Shown piece after piece: positions 13,680-25,988 of a stretch of 64,000 bases of DNA. The stretch covers positions 147,126,001 through 147,190,000 of the forward strand of contig OX597814.1 in assembly GCA_951406725.2 (NCBI GenBank). The letters run 5' to 3'. The translations under genes were made by a program, and so were the position numbers. The stretch is from Octopus vulgaris (lineage: Eukaryota). The notes under the pieces are model-generated. The model ran no database searches and had not been told where the DNA came from. It worked only from the letters and a program-made list of their open reading frames with translations. Position 1 is the stretch's first letter, and every line of letters starts with the position of its first letter.

Positions 13680-14090
13680 ATTCATATTATCTGATTGAAC
13701 GCCTCGCATCCATTTCCAAGTAAGTTTTTCCTTAATATGATTCATTCGACTCTTTCCTTTACTCCTTCCTTTAATGTTCTCTCTCATTCTTTCTCTAATT
13801 CTTTTTTCTCCCCTTCACCGTTTTCTATCTCTCCGTCCCTCTCTCTCTCCCACTTCTTCCTTTACTCTCTCTATTTGGTCACACGTGATCATCGTCCATC
13901 CTTCATTTCCTCACTTGATCATCTTTCTTTTCCTTCACTCTGTTGCGCATTTCAGACCCATTCGTTTCTGTCCCCTCTCTTTTCTATTATCAAAGAATCT
14001 TTTTCCAGCGTTCGCCTAACAGCCATCCCTGTCTATGTTCGTTTGGTTTGGTTTGTTGTATGTTCTGTTTCTGTACACTATTTACATTAT
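13680..14090 (+). repeat. TA-associated interspersed repeat (unclassified)
   Basis: Homologous to 21765-22110 (CATCCATTTCCAAGT...CACGTGATCATC). Confidence 0.6.
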
Positions 14091-14199
14091 TTACATTATT
14101 TACATTTGACGGATATATGTCCTCATCTTGTTAGTTGTCGACACAACATTTCGGCTATTACTCTTGAATAGCGCCCTGATGCCATATGGGCCGCATATC

Positions 14200-14785
14200 T
14201 TTTGTATCTTTTTGGTAGACAGACAGTAGACAGTTCATTGGTTTAATCCACTCTTTTCTTCATAATTGGGGTTGATAGAATGTTTTTGGGGTAGTTGGTG
14301 CTTAATAGATTGTTACTGAGCTTGATCATTTATTCGTGGTGAATATCACGATCGTTACTTATATTCTTTACTCGATGTTTTAAGCAGTAAGCAATACCTC
14401 TCTTTACACTGTACGGATGGTGAGAACTGAAGTTAAGGTATCTGCCAGTGAAGGTCAGCTTGCGGTATACGGATGTCCTGAATCCATATTTGGTGCCTGT
14501 TATCAATACGTCCAGGAGTGCTAGCTGATTTCTTTTTTGCTTTCCATTGTGAGCTGTATGGATGGCTATATTAAGTTCACATGATCCAACAGCACTTGGA
14601 CATCTTCCTGGTGAGGCCAGAGAATAAAGATGCCATCAACATATCGCAGCCATAAGGTTGGCTTTAGTGGTGTTGATCCTAAAGCCAAATTCTTAAAGTA
14701 TTCCATGGCTATTAATTCTTAAAGTATTCCATGGCTATTATCGGTGATAATGGCGAACCCATAGCTAAACCCTCTTCCAGTTCTG
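14200..14785 (-). mobile_element. Penelope-like RT fragment
   Basis: Nucleotide homology to 55230-55790 (GLAMGSPLS and LRYVDD regions). Has an internal ~26-bp tandem duplication near 14688-14739. Confidence 0.8.
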
Positions 14786-15793
14786 ATGTCCTATTTTACA
14801 TAGGTAGTTCTTCATCTTAGCTGTCCAAAAGAATATCTAACAATTACTCTACATTTGACATATCAATAATCAAAACAATACTGGCCTCAGTAAATTAAAC
14901 TGGTCTCTAAAGGAGGAAAATAGAATGTGATTTGGAATAGTATATTCCATCTAGATCTTTTCCTTATGATAAAGGTAAATATTCTGTCCGCCGTGTAACG
15001 CAGAACACGATCGCATTGTGTTCTCTAAGAATTCTCTTGTAAACACATTTATAGAACGCGTTTATCCTTGCAAATATTGGATTAAACATACTTTTAGTTC
15101 CTATAAGTAATTTCTACCAATCTATGTAATTCGACTTTTTACTGTCTTCATTTCATTTCCACTACATATATCTATTTACACGCCTTTAAGCTTTATTTCC
15201 TCTCATATATCACTCAATATTTCTCCACTCTTAATTTTCTGTTATTTTTTCTTTTCCCTCCTCCTTGTCTAAATTGTCTTTGACGTTAAATCTATTAACG
15301 GATTTTTAAAATATAACTTGCTTGCGTTCCCTTCATCATAAACGCGGTAATCATATTCGGTTACAATGGCTTATTGATGTGCTTTATTTCTCTTCTTTTT
15401 CCTGATGTGATGTTTACATTGTTTTACATGATTTTACTCCCTCAGGAATAATAGCAATATTTTTTCGAAATATATGTGAGAAGTATGAATATTTGAATAA
15501 CACCTGCGTTTAACTCCATTTCTTAATTTATCTATGGCATTTAAAAACATTTCACTTTATAAGTAGGCTGTAACGTCCTTAGCACTTATGTGAATTTTTG
15601 CTACCCTGGTAACTATTTATTTATTTGTAGACATTGAAGAAATACACATGCATATATATATACATATATATATGTATATATACATATATATATGAGCATA
15701 TATCCATACATATATGTATACATACATGTATATAAATATATATGTATATTTATATACAAAAATATATACGTGTATATATATATATATATATAT

Positions 15794-15970
15794 AATTTAT
15801 TTAAAAAAGCAGCAGAAAAGTAACAAAAGCTGCTACTCAGAGTTTCACGTTCCCGTTCGTCGGACGGTTTTGTTAAGATATTTTTTTTAAAACAAAACTA
15901 TCCGGCGAACGAGAACGTGAAACTCTTAGTATCATCTTTTCTTATATCTCTGCTGCTTTTGAACAAAGTA
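15794..15970. repeat. Imperfect palindromic (MITE-like or fold-back) element next to a TA tract
   Basis: AAAAGCAGCAGA...GAGTTTCACGTTCCCGTTCGTCGGA..GTTTTGTT mirrors AACAAAAC..TCCGGCGAACGAGAACGTGAAACTC...TCTGCTGCTTTT. Confidence 0.8.
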
Positions 15971-16126
15971 TATTAGTCTACGTCTGGTATTTGAGTACTC
16001 TTTTTCCACCTTCCTTTTCCACTTACGGAAATATACTTGCTGAAACAAAAACAATCGCAGCGTAGAAGATGTTTATAAGAACACACAAAAAAACCCGTTC
16101 GATCCAGTTCAATATTTAAAATGTAA

Positions 16127-16213
<87 letters not shown>

Positions 16214-17204
16214 GTGTGTGTGTGTGTGAATTCATATACACAAAATTCATTGTAAAATAGGAAAGTAAGTGGATGGATTGTCAATTCAGATTAATTTTAC
16301 TGTATAACTCTCTTAAATAAATTTCAGAAATTAATATCAGTAACCGTAAACAAAGTGAAAAAATCACTATTAATTGTTTCTATGAACTCGTTGATTGCAC
16401 TATTAAATGATGTCATGAGAATTGATAAGACTGAATATAATATAAAAATATCCTCAACGCTCCAAATTTGTATTAAGCCCTAATGAATATTATACCAATA
16501 TACATTTTCATTGTAAATTCTAGATATAGCAAATTAATCTGAAACAATGAATATAGTGGACGAATATTGAAATGTAAGTTAAGCTTTAGGCAAGTTGTAT
16601 AATAACGTTTAAGAGAAAATGAAAATGTAGAAAAATTATATTACATTCTTTGTTACTGAAAGTACTTGAATAGTAAAATAAATTATGTACTTCTCATAAG
16701 TTGGATACTACTGTAGCGGCATTACTTCATATAACAAAAGCAAAAACCATAGACAAAACTGAAAAGAAATGTTGAAGTATGATCAGCTTAGAAATTAGAG
16801 TTTTGATCGTTATAATATGATTTCAAGTGAATATCGAAATCATTTAATATCAGTTCAGTCAATACATTAAAATAGAGGTCTTGTGGGACAATATGCAATA
16901 CACTCACATTCCACCTTGCTACAAACTGTATTTCAAAACTTTAAGTTTAAATCGCCAAACATTGTCAAACAAAGTAAGAGATGAATCACATATATATGTG
17001 TTAAATATCCAGATTATTTAATCGAGCTTTATACTATATTTAAAATTTCCAAGTTCTTACACCACATGTATAATTAGGTTAAATTAGATTGTCTATAACC
17101 GTACAGTATCATCAGTGTCATTCCTTCATACCGCATTCACATAGGCAGATACTGACATACATATATATATATGCATGTATGTATATAGCAACTTTTTATT
17201 TTTC

Positions 17205-17713
17205 TACTATAACATGGCTGTTCTATAAAGGACTGTGTTACTATGTTTTAAGCCCAGGAAAAAGTCTTTTCCTGAAGGTTAATGACACAACCCGAATACG
17301 ATATATTGTGAGTAAGGGAGCGAATCACTCCCATCCAGCTTGCAAGAAGAGTAGAGCATGGTTTCTAGGCTTTACCCGTCATCTGTTCAGGATACATGCC
17401 TGCTAGGGATGTCAGTGAATCTCCCTGCTCACAATGTATAAAACGAAAAGCAACAGACACCCGTCGATTTCTTAACGAGTAAAGTAGCTTAACGAGATAA
17501 AGTAGCTTAACGAGATAAAAATAATAACAATACTAGACAGTAACGTTTTTTTGCCAACTTAACACGGCTGTTCTATAAATTTCTATGTTACTACATTTTA
17601 ATCCTGGGAAACGACTTTCCAGCTGGTTAATGACACACAACTTGTGTCCAGTATATTGTAAGGGTCCGAATCGCTCCCCGCCAACTTGGCCAGACCAGTA
17701 GAGAATGATTTCT

Positions 17714-17715
<2 letters not shown>
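17205..17715 (+). repeat. Two diverged copies of a TA-associated repeat, related to the 43142 element
   Basis: 17210-17345 resembles 17560-17700 (AACAyGGCTGTTCTATAAA...AATGACAC...TAAGGG..CGAATC). An 18-bp unit x3 lies at ~17470-17520. Confidence 0.6.
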
Positions 17716-17769
<54 letters not shown>

Positions 17770-17771
17770 GT

Positions 17772-19080
17772 TTCAGTCCAAGTAACGCGCTCATGTTGGG
17801 GCACCGCCGTTTATTTTGCTACACTTTAACTAAACCACTTCTGATGAGTGACATTTGATTGATGAAAGAGTTTGACATTGTTGCCTTCATATGTGTTTCT
17901 TGTCTAGAGGTAGGCTCATCCGGAACACTTGATTAAAGGATATCTAATTTCCTTTTAAGAAAGCTTACATCCACACAATGCAGGCCTCTCAGGCATTGGA
18001 GGAGGACACCGAAGTGCTGCGTACCCTTGAAGCCCAAGCTGTTACGTATCTGGTCCTGTATCCTGATGGCAATTTTGGGACCTTAGGTATCATCCAGTAG
18101 TACTCCGTCCTGCTGTTTGTGTAAGTGACAATGGCAAGGTTTGGAACAAATGACTTGCCGACTGACATGCAGCATGGTTTTCGACCAGGCAGAATCCGCC
18201 TGATGCAGCTCATGCTGCATGAGCTGCGTCAGGCGGCTTCTGCCTGGTCGAAAACTATGCTGCATGTCAGTCGGCAAGTCATTCTTTTCAAGGAATGAAA
18301 TTAATGTCCTTCAGACTATTCGTTCCATGACTTTGCTGATGTCTGAGGTCAGAGAGATAGGCCTATAGATTTTAACATCTGCTCTGATTCCTCCTTTATA
18401 GACAGGATATTCTCTCCTTTAGTTTTTTCAAGCGCTTCCCATTTGTGAGGAAGCTTTGAAAAAGTAGCTGCAATGGTTTTGCAAGGTCTTTTTTGCATGA
18501 ATTGAGCCGGACTGCTGGGAAATCATCAGAGCCAGCAGCTGAGATTGCATCTATATCATCTATTGCTAGGATTACATAATTTTCTTCGATTTTGATGTAA
18601 TCAATTCTTATAGTCTGCCGTTGAGCTTCTCTCGCGGTAAAGATTTCTACAGGTTTTCTAATTTGCATGTATTGTGTGGGTGGTGTGAAGACACTTTTGA
18701 ACTGTTCATTCAGTGTTTCGCTTACACTCATTCTGTTTCCTGTCACGGAGCAATAATTTTAGAGGAAGACCCTATACAACAATGCACAGAGGCAGTCTTC
18801 TTGGCCTCTCTAAAGAAGGTTTAAGGGTCGAGCACATATTTCTTATGATACAAGATTCTCTTTCTGATTTTTCCTTCTCATGGGAGTGCTTCAGATGTTG
18901 CTCAATCTCCAGTAGTGCTGGTTGCAGGTGGGGTTTCTCACTGCTGTTGAGTTCTCTGTTGTGGGGTTTGCAATCTTTGTACGCCGTCTCATAAGAAATT
19001 TCTTCTCTCTGGGAAACTAGTTTTTATGTGCAGTGGTCCTTCTCTTTGAGACAAAATTGTAGCATATGGCTTGAATTACA
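17772..19080 (-). mobile_element. CR1/L2-group LINE, diverged relative of the 22930 copy, internally deleted with a fold-back
   Basis: SETLNEQFKSVFTPP, LAKPLQLLFQSFL, QHSFRPGRS and PKLPSG match the 645-aa ORF. The 3' tail GGCGGTGCCCCAACATG is shared. Confidence 0.88.
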
Positions 19081-19084
19081 TAGA

Positions 19085-19600
19085 GGGCGAGAGAGACACA
19101 AGGGGAGAGAGTAATCAAGAGGAATTGAGAAATTACAAAAATCAATCATAGATTAAATCGAAGGGTTTAAAAGTACAGAGCCTTATGACAAATGAGTTCA
19201 ATATGCAAACAAAGAGAGAAACGAAAGGCTGACAGGACAAGTAACACAAAGACCGACCCTTCATCTCCTTTTGGCTGTGTAACTACTCCTTGTTTCTGGC
19301 ATTGGAGGAACATTCGCTTTCATTATATGTCTACACTGTTCTGTTTTTGTTTCCAATTTTGATCCTCCATAAATCCCAAGTTGTTACTTATAGGAGTAAC
19401 TGTCTTCGAGGACTCATATTGTCGTTCAATGTTCGAAATGAGGATTAAATAAACAGCCGACAACTGATGAAGTGTCGTTCTTTGTGTTATTTCTTCTATT
19501 TCCCATTTGTTTCTCTCTTTGTTTGTGTATTAGACTCATTTGTTTTTTTATTTCATCTTGTTTACTGTTGGTGATGTCCTGTACCCATATATGCATATGT
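19085..19600. repeat. Two inverted, diverged copies of a TA-associated repeat (also at 22100-22350)
   Basis: 19235-19305 is reverse-complement similar to 19427-19520. The same family occurs at 22185-22350 (CAGCCGACAACTGATGAAGTGTCG...GTCCTGTACCCATATATGC). Confidence 0.65.
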
Positions 19601-19622
19601 ACGTATATATATATATATATAT

Positions 19623-19665
<43 letters not shown>

Positions 19666-19857
19666 ATAAGAAATGGTGCAATAGATAACAACTAGAAGTG
19701 GATAGTTGGTGTTTAAAATCATTCTTTAATTGAATTAGAAACATTTATGTTTATCAAATTGGAGTAAATTCACATTTGATAAACAACAATGGATTAGAGG
19801 GAAAGAAAGTAGATTGATTTTAATGTTTTATGTGCTCGTTAGCTCTTTTTACTACTC

Positions 19858-19890
<33 letters not shown>

Positions 19891-19895
<5 letters not shown>

Positions 19896-21052
19896 ATATA
19901 TATAAAACTAAGCAATGTGTGTCTGTCTGTGCGTTTCCCTAAAACCTGAGAACTACACAACCAATTTCATTCAAATTTTACACATGCCTTACTTGGGATC
20001 CGGGGAGTGTCATCCGCAAAAGAAATGTTTTTACTTTTTGCCTAGGGCGAGCCCACAGCAATGTCATATCTTCTCCACTACGATTGCCTAACACTTCAGA
20101 ACTACACAACCAATTTCATTCAAATTTTACACATGCCTTACTTAGGGTCCATGTAGTTTCATGGGAAAAAAAATGTTCAACTTCTTGCCTAGAGCGAGCC
20201 CATAGCAATATCATATCTTCTCCACTATTTCAGTATTACGTGTTAAAAGTGAAACAAAAATGTTTCTCTATTTTATGTCAGATACTTTCACTTTAACAAT
20301 GAAAATAATAATAACAATTGAACTATATGTAGTAATAATTAAAATCAAACTAAAGTATAATATAATCGTAACATAACAAAAGTAAAAATAGCAATTGGTA
20401 TAAAATTGCATCAATGACTTGAACTTGAATAAGTGGTTTCACATGAATGGGAATAAATTAAAAATAAAATTAGCGTGCAGAAATGGAATAGTCCAGATGG
20501 ATAATAAAAAATTGAATTAAAGTAAAGACTCTTGTCTATAAAGTATACAATGTAGAGAAAAAAGATTTGAACACATGGAGGAAAGCACCTTCGAAAAATG
20601 TCTTGGTGCTACTATGACAGATATCTAATCAGGGGCGGTAAATTCGCCACAATAAAAGCAAGGTTCGAGTCAACGGAGCGTTCAAGGGAGTACTCGACTC
20701 GAACTTGCAAAGCGGAAATATTTTACCTTTACCTTTATATCTGGGACGTAGGACGTCCCGGAAAAAAAATTTTAATGCAAGAAGTAGAGGTAGGCTTGAT
20801 TGTAGCCACACTTCTATACAAGAAGGAGGACAAGATACAATTGATCGAAATTACAAGAGACGGGCTAACAATTCCAGTCTGTTATATATTTTGAGTATTG
20901 TTATCACTAGCGATATGAAGATATAACTTTGTATTTTGTATTTTTTGTGTAGATGTATATATATAGATGTACATGTAATATGTACACATATATATACATA
21001 TATATACATGCACTAGAACTATAACCCGGCCACGACGGGTCTTTAATGCTAG
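19891..21052 (+). mobile_element. Non-autonomous Helitron-like element
   Basis: 5' end CTTTATATATATAAAA..TGTGTGTCTGTCTGT. An internal ~130-bp direct duplication (~19950-20080 and ~20097-20226). 3' hairpin ACCCG-GCCACGA-CGGGT (21024-21040) followed by CTAG|T at 21049-21053. Confidence 0.6.
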
Positions 21053-21682
21053 TATATATATATATATATACTATATCGTACAAATTTTAAATAGCTTCCT
21101 TGGTTTTATACAAGGGCTTCCTTTGAAATTACAGGGACTAAATTAGAAGCCACAAATTAGTGTTACTTATTACTAATAACATCACCAGTTATAACTCCTT
21201 CGGTCAACATCACCGGTCAAATAGCCATTGTCCCCACTTACTGTCAAACGCATTCAATGGAGGAATCTACAAACATGTGGAATTATACAAGTCACTAAAA
21301 TGTAAGACTTCAGCTCTAACGAACTCTTTTTTTCTTTTTTTTTTTTCGTCGCCCTTCTTTCACCTTCAATCATTCTGAAAGTTTTTATTAAATATAACGA
21401 AATAATTGTAAATTTACTCCACTTTGATAAACAGAAACAGCTGTAAATGTTCCAAATTCAATTAAATAATGACTTTTAAACACCAATGATCCACTTCTCA
21501 TTGTTATTTATTCCTCCATTTCTTAATTTCTCTCTATATATAATAAACCACGGTTTTACCGCGAAATTACCTACTACCCTATACTTTATTAAGAGGATTA
21601 TACATAGTGAGGTAATAGACCAGGAGTGCCTACGAATACATCTATCCCTTAGATAGTTGAATAAACTCTAACAAATATCTTG

Positions 21683-21740
<58 letters not shown>

Positions 21741-22452
21741 TATATATTATTTATATAAATATTTGACTGAACACCACACATCCATTTCCAAGTTAGTTTA
21801 ATCTTAATATTTTTTGATTCAACTCTGTCTATATTGTATTCTCCCTATCGTTTTCTATCTGTCTCCCCTCTTTCTCCCTTTCTCTCTCTCTCGTTACTCA
21901 AACTCAAACGTGACCATCATTCATCTTTCTTTTCCTCACGTGATCATCTTTCTTTTCTTTCGGGACTGAACATATCCTACCTCTCTTTTCTATCTTTTCT
22001 CTTGTCAAAGGAAATATTTCTCCAGAGTTCGCTATTTTACCTTCTTTGTGGTCTAACGAACCTCTATGTTTGTGTTCGTTCACCACTGTCCTGTTTTTGT
22101 TCACAAATTTGACCCTCCATAAATGCCAAATATTATTTTGGTATCTAAGGGAGCAATTGTATTCGAAGATTCATATTATCGTACAGTGCTCGAAATGCGG
22201 AGTAGACAGAGAAGCCGACAACTGATGAAGTGTCGTTGCTTGTGCTACTTGTCCTGTGTGTCATTTGCTTCACTCGTTGTTTGCGAATTGAACTCATTTC
22301 TTTCAGTATTTCATGTTGCTTATGTTGGTGACGTCCTGTACCCATATATGCATATGTGTATATATATATATATATATATCCGTGTATATGTGCACGCATA
22401 TGAATACATATATGTAGATATGTACACACTCACAAACACACACACACACATA

Positions 22453-22502
<50 letters not shown>

Positions 22503-22846
22503 AGAACCTTTGAGAGAACCGATGTGACAGGCGGAGAGGGAGACAATGTATAGAAAAATAAGATGAGGGAGATATTTATATTTGTTAAAATATTGATGAG
22601 TATATTCTAGAAAATTCCACTCAATGAATAAATGTATGAGAAAATGGATGAGATTAAAAAGGAAATAAATAGAAAAAGTAAAACAATAAATGATAGACTG
22701 ATTTAGAATTTGAGAGAAAGGATGAGACTACGGGAATTCGCGAAATGAAAAGATGGTGAGTGAAACTAAGCAAAAATGAGGCAAATTTAGAAGGCAGACA
22801 TGCACACATGTCTACATGTGTGTGCGTGTGTGTATGTATATGTATG

Positions 22847-22895
<49 letters not shown>

Positions 22896-22929
22896 CATAT
22901 ATATACATATATATACATATATATACATA

Positions 22930-25016
22930 AAAATCTCAAATCGCCTAAACAAACAAATTGAAAGCTGTGAAAAGTCCCGCCTGAAAATAAAACTGTTGGA
23001 AATTGAAAATTGTCTGCAACTCTCCCATGAGAAGGAAAGAGCAGACAAAGAAGCCTGGGCTATAGACAACATAAAAACTAACCCCAGAGCTTTCTACAGG
23101 TATGCCAAAGAAACAGCTACGGTGCACTGTAGGATAGGGCCACTCCTTGAAAAGGATGGCACACTCACAGGAAAACCAATGAGGGTAAGTGAAATACTGA
23201 ATGAACAATTCAAGAGTGTTTTCACTCCACCCCTTGGGCATTTCCAAATCAGCAATCCAACTGACTTTTTTACCACTGCAGATATAGAATCAGAGGCGGC
23301 GACGTTAAATTACATCGATATAAAGGAAGACGATGTAATAAAGGCTATAGATGAAATGAAAATAGACTCAGCTATTGGCCCCGATGGATTCCCGGCAATC
23401 CTCCTAAAAGTATGTAAGAGAGTCTTAGCAAGACCACTGCAGTTCCTCTTTCAGAGCTTCCTTGCAGCTGGCAAACTTCCAAGAAAACTGAAGGAAGGTA
23501 AAATATGCCCTATTCATAAAGGAGGTAGCAGAGCGGAGGCCAAGAACTACAGACCTATCTCTCTGACCTCACACATCAGCAAGGTCATGGAACGAATAGT
23601 CAGAAGGAAACTAATCACCTTCCTTGAAGAAAATGACTTGCTGCCTGACACTCAACATGGTTTCCGACCAGGAAGAAGCTGCTTAACTCAGCTCCTGCAG
23701 CACTATGACTGGGTGCTGAAACAACTGCTCAACCACTCAAATGTGGAAGTCATATATCTCGACTTCGCAAAGGCCTTCGATAAAGTCGATCATGGAATGA
23801 TATGTCACAAACTGCGTGATCTTGGCATAGTTGGAAAACTAGGAGAATGGCTTCACGACTTTCTGAAGAATAGAAGTCAGGTGGTAGTAGCCAATGGGGC
23901 CACTTCCATTAGCACGCAAATAGTGAGCGGTGTTCCACAGGGCACTGTTTTGGGACCACTACTGTTCATAATGGCCCTCTCAGACATGCCCTCAGCCACG
24001 CGGAGAGCCACGATCACAAGTTATGCAGATGATACAAAAGTTTCACAGGCAATACAGAACCCTGAAGACACTAGGCACCTGCAATGTGAGCTGGATGAAA
24101 TATACAAGTGGGCTGAAAAGAATAGCATGCAGTTCAATGCTGAAAAGTTTCAAGCTTTATACTATCAGCATGCAAAACTGAATGCAATACCCAAGGAATA
24201 CACTGGACACGGAGGGATTGCAATCCCAGAGGCACAATCAGTGCGTGACCTGGGTATTCACATGAGTGATGACGCGACCTTTCATGTACATGTTGCTAAA
24301 CTGACAATGAAATGCAGACGGCTGGCTGGATGGATTCTTAGAACCTTTAGAACAAGAGAACAAGAAACCATGATGGTCCTCTGGAAGACACTTGTCCTAA
24401 GTCACTTTGACTATTGCTCTCAGCTATGGTCACCATCCAGTGTCAAGTTGATCACAGAACTTGAGGCGATCAAACGAAGCTACACGAAGAAGATAGCCTC
24501 TATGCAGAATGTAAGCTACTGGGAAAGACTCAAGAGATTAAAATTATATTCCCTGGAGCGTAGGCGGGAAAGATATGCCATAATATACATCTGGAAGATC
24601 CTGGAGGGAAGTGTCCTGAACTTTGGCATCGAGAGTTACGCAAACGCCAGAACTGGGCGCCACTGCGTGGTGCCTAGGACTCCAAACTTGCCATCAAGAT
24701 GTAGGACAAGATTCTGTGATAGTCTGGGCTTCCGAGGCCCACAGCTCTTCAATATCCTCCCGATGAACCTGAGAGACCTGCATGGGGTGGATACAGATGT
24801 CTTTAAAATGGAGCTGGATCTCTTCCTGTCAGGGGTCCCAGATGAACCAACTTCACGGCAGGAGGGGCAGATGAGGGTAGCTGCATCGAACTCTCTCATG
24901 CACCAAATAGCAGTTGCTAGAAAGCCTCCATGAAGTGAAACCAAGTAGCAACACCAAATGGCGGTGCCCCAGCATGGCCACAGCTCATAAGCTGAAACTG
25001 GAATCAATCAATCAAT
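22930..25016 (+). mobile_element. 5'-truncated CR1/L2-group LINE with (AATC)n tail
   Basis: Begins at a TA tract and has an open RT frame, a short 3' UTR ending GGCGGTGCCCCAGCATGGCCACAGC...CTGAAAC, and an AATCAATCAATCAAT tail. Confidence 0.95.
22996..24933 (+). CDS. LINE ORF2 reverse transcriptase (645 aa, N-terminally truncated, no endonuclease)
   Basis: Motifs NYRPISLTS, QHGFRPGRSC, YLDFAKAFDKV, SGVPQGTVLGPLLF, YADD and DLGI. The frame is open back to ~22930 and the annotated start is TTG, so it is a truncated copy, not a gene start. Confidence 0.9.
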   Translation: MEIENCLQLSHEKERADKEAWAIDNIKTNPRAFYRYAKETATVHCRIGPLLEKDGTLTGKPMRVSEILNEQFKSVFTPPLGHFQISNPTDFFTTADIESEAATLNYIDIKEDDVIKAIDEMKIDSAIGPDGFPAILLKVCKRVLARPLQFLFQSFLAAGKLPRKLKEGKICPIHKGGSRAEAKNYRPISLTSHISKVMERIVRRKLITFLEENDLLPDTQHGFRPGRSCLTQLLQHYDWVLKQLLNHSNVEVIYLDFAKAFDKVDHGMICHKLRDLGIVGKLGEWLHDFLKNRSQVVVANGATSISTQIVSGVPQGTVLGPLLFIMALSDMPSATRRATITSYADDTKVSQAIQNPEDTRHLQCELDEIYKWAEKNSMQFNAEKFQALYYQHAKLNAIPKEYTGHGGIAIPEAQSVRDLGIHMSDDATFHVHVAKLTMKCRRLAGWILRTFRTREQETMMVLWKTLVLSHFDYCSQLWSPSSVKLITELEAIKRSYTKKIASMQNVSYWERLKRLKLYSLERRRERYAIIYIWKILEGSVLNFGIESYANARTGRHCVVPRTPNLPSRCRTRFCDSLGFRGPQLFNILPMNLRDLHGVDTDVFKMELDLFLSGVPDEPTSRQEGQMRVAASNSLMHQIAVARKPP

Positions 25017-25022
25017 ATACAT

Positions 25023-25059
<37 letters not shown>

Positions 25060-25940
25060 CATATATATACACATACATACATATATGTATACATATAAAT
25101 ATATATATGAGCTTATAACTGAACGTATACAAAGATACTGAGATTGACAGTGACTAATTTAGATGAAATAAAAAGAGATGACAAGTCAGGAAGATTAATA
25201 TGTTTTGTAGAAATAATATATTGATGTAAGAAGTTACACATTTTTTTATTTGTTAATTTTTCCTTAATTTAGACAACACTTTGTAAGGGTAAATTTAGCA
25301 TTATGATATATGTACGTAACACTTGCGTGTCTCTCTCTCCCTTTCCATATAACTTTATATATATACACACACACTGAAATATGTTTATTCACAAATAAAC
25401 ATATATACACACATATAAATATATACATATATATATATATATATTGATGTATATATGTATTTGTCTATCTATATACTTTATTCTTTGTGTGCATACACTA
25501 ACATACATTGATAGATAGATTTAGATAGAGAGATAGAGAGAGAAAAATATATCTATATAAACATACAGATGAATATAGATATATGTGCATATATTTATAC
25601 TTATCTATATGTTTATATACATATATTTATCTATCTGTATCTCTCTCTGTATCTCAATTTATCTACCTATCTATACATTTTTATATATGTATATATGTAT
25701 GTATGTATGTATGTATATATACTAAAAATAAATGTATGGGTCCCTCAATTATAACATTATCTGGGCCATCACGGACGCTCTTCCTACCTCTTACTATGAT
25801 CTCCTGATTTATGCAAGTAACTAGCAGCATTTGCTCTATATATCTCAAATGATACTTTCTGTTGCTTAACCACCGTGAGGCTTCCATTGCGAACACAAAT
25901 AAATCAGTTTGTCAACTTGTGGTTTCTAATGTAGCTATAT

Positions 25941-25988
<48 letters not shown>

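Noticed and set aside
22185-22240. CGAAA...CTGATGAAG string (also at 19434-19475) as a permuted hammerhead
   Set aside because: I could not build convincing stems I and III.
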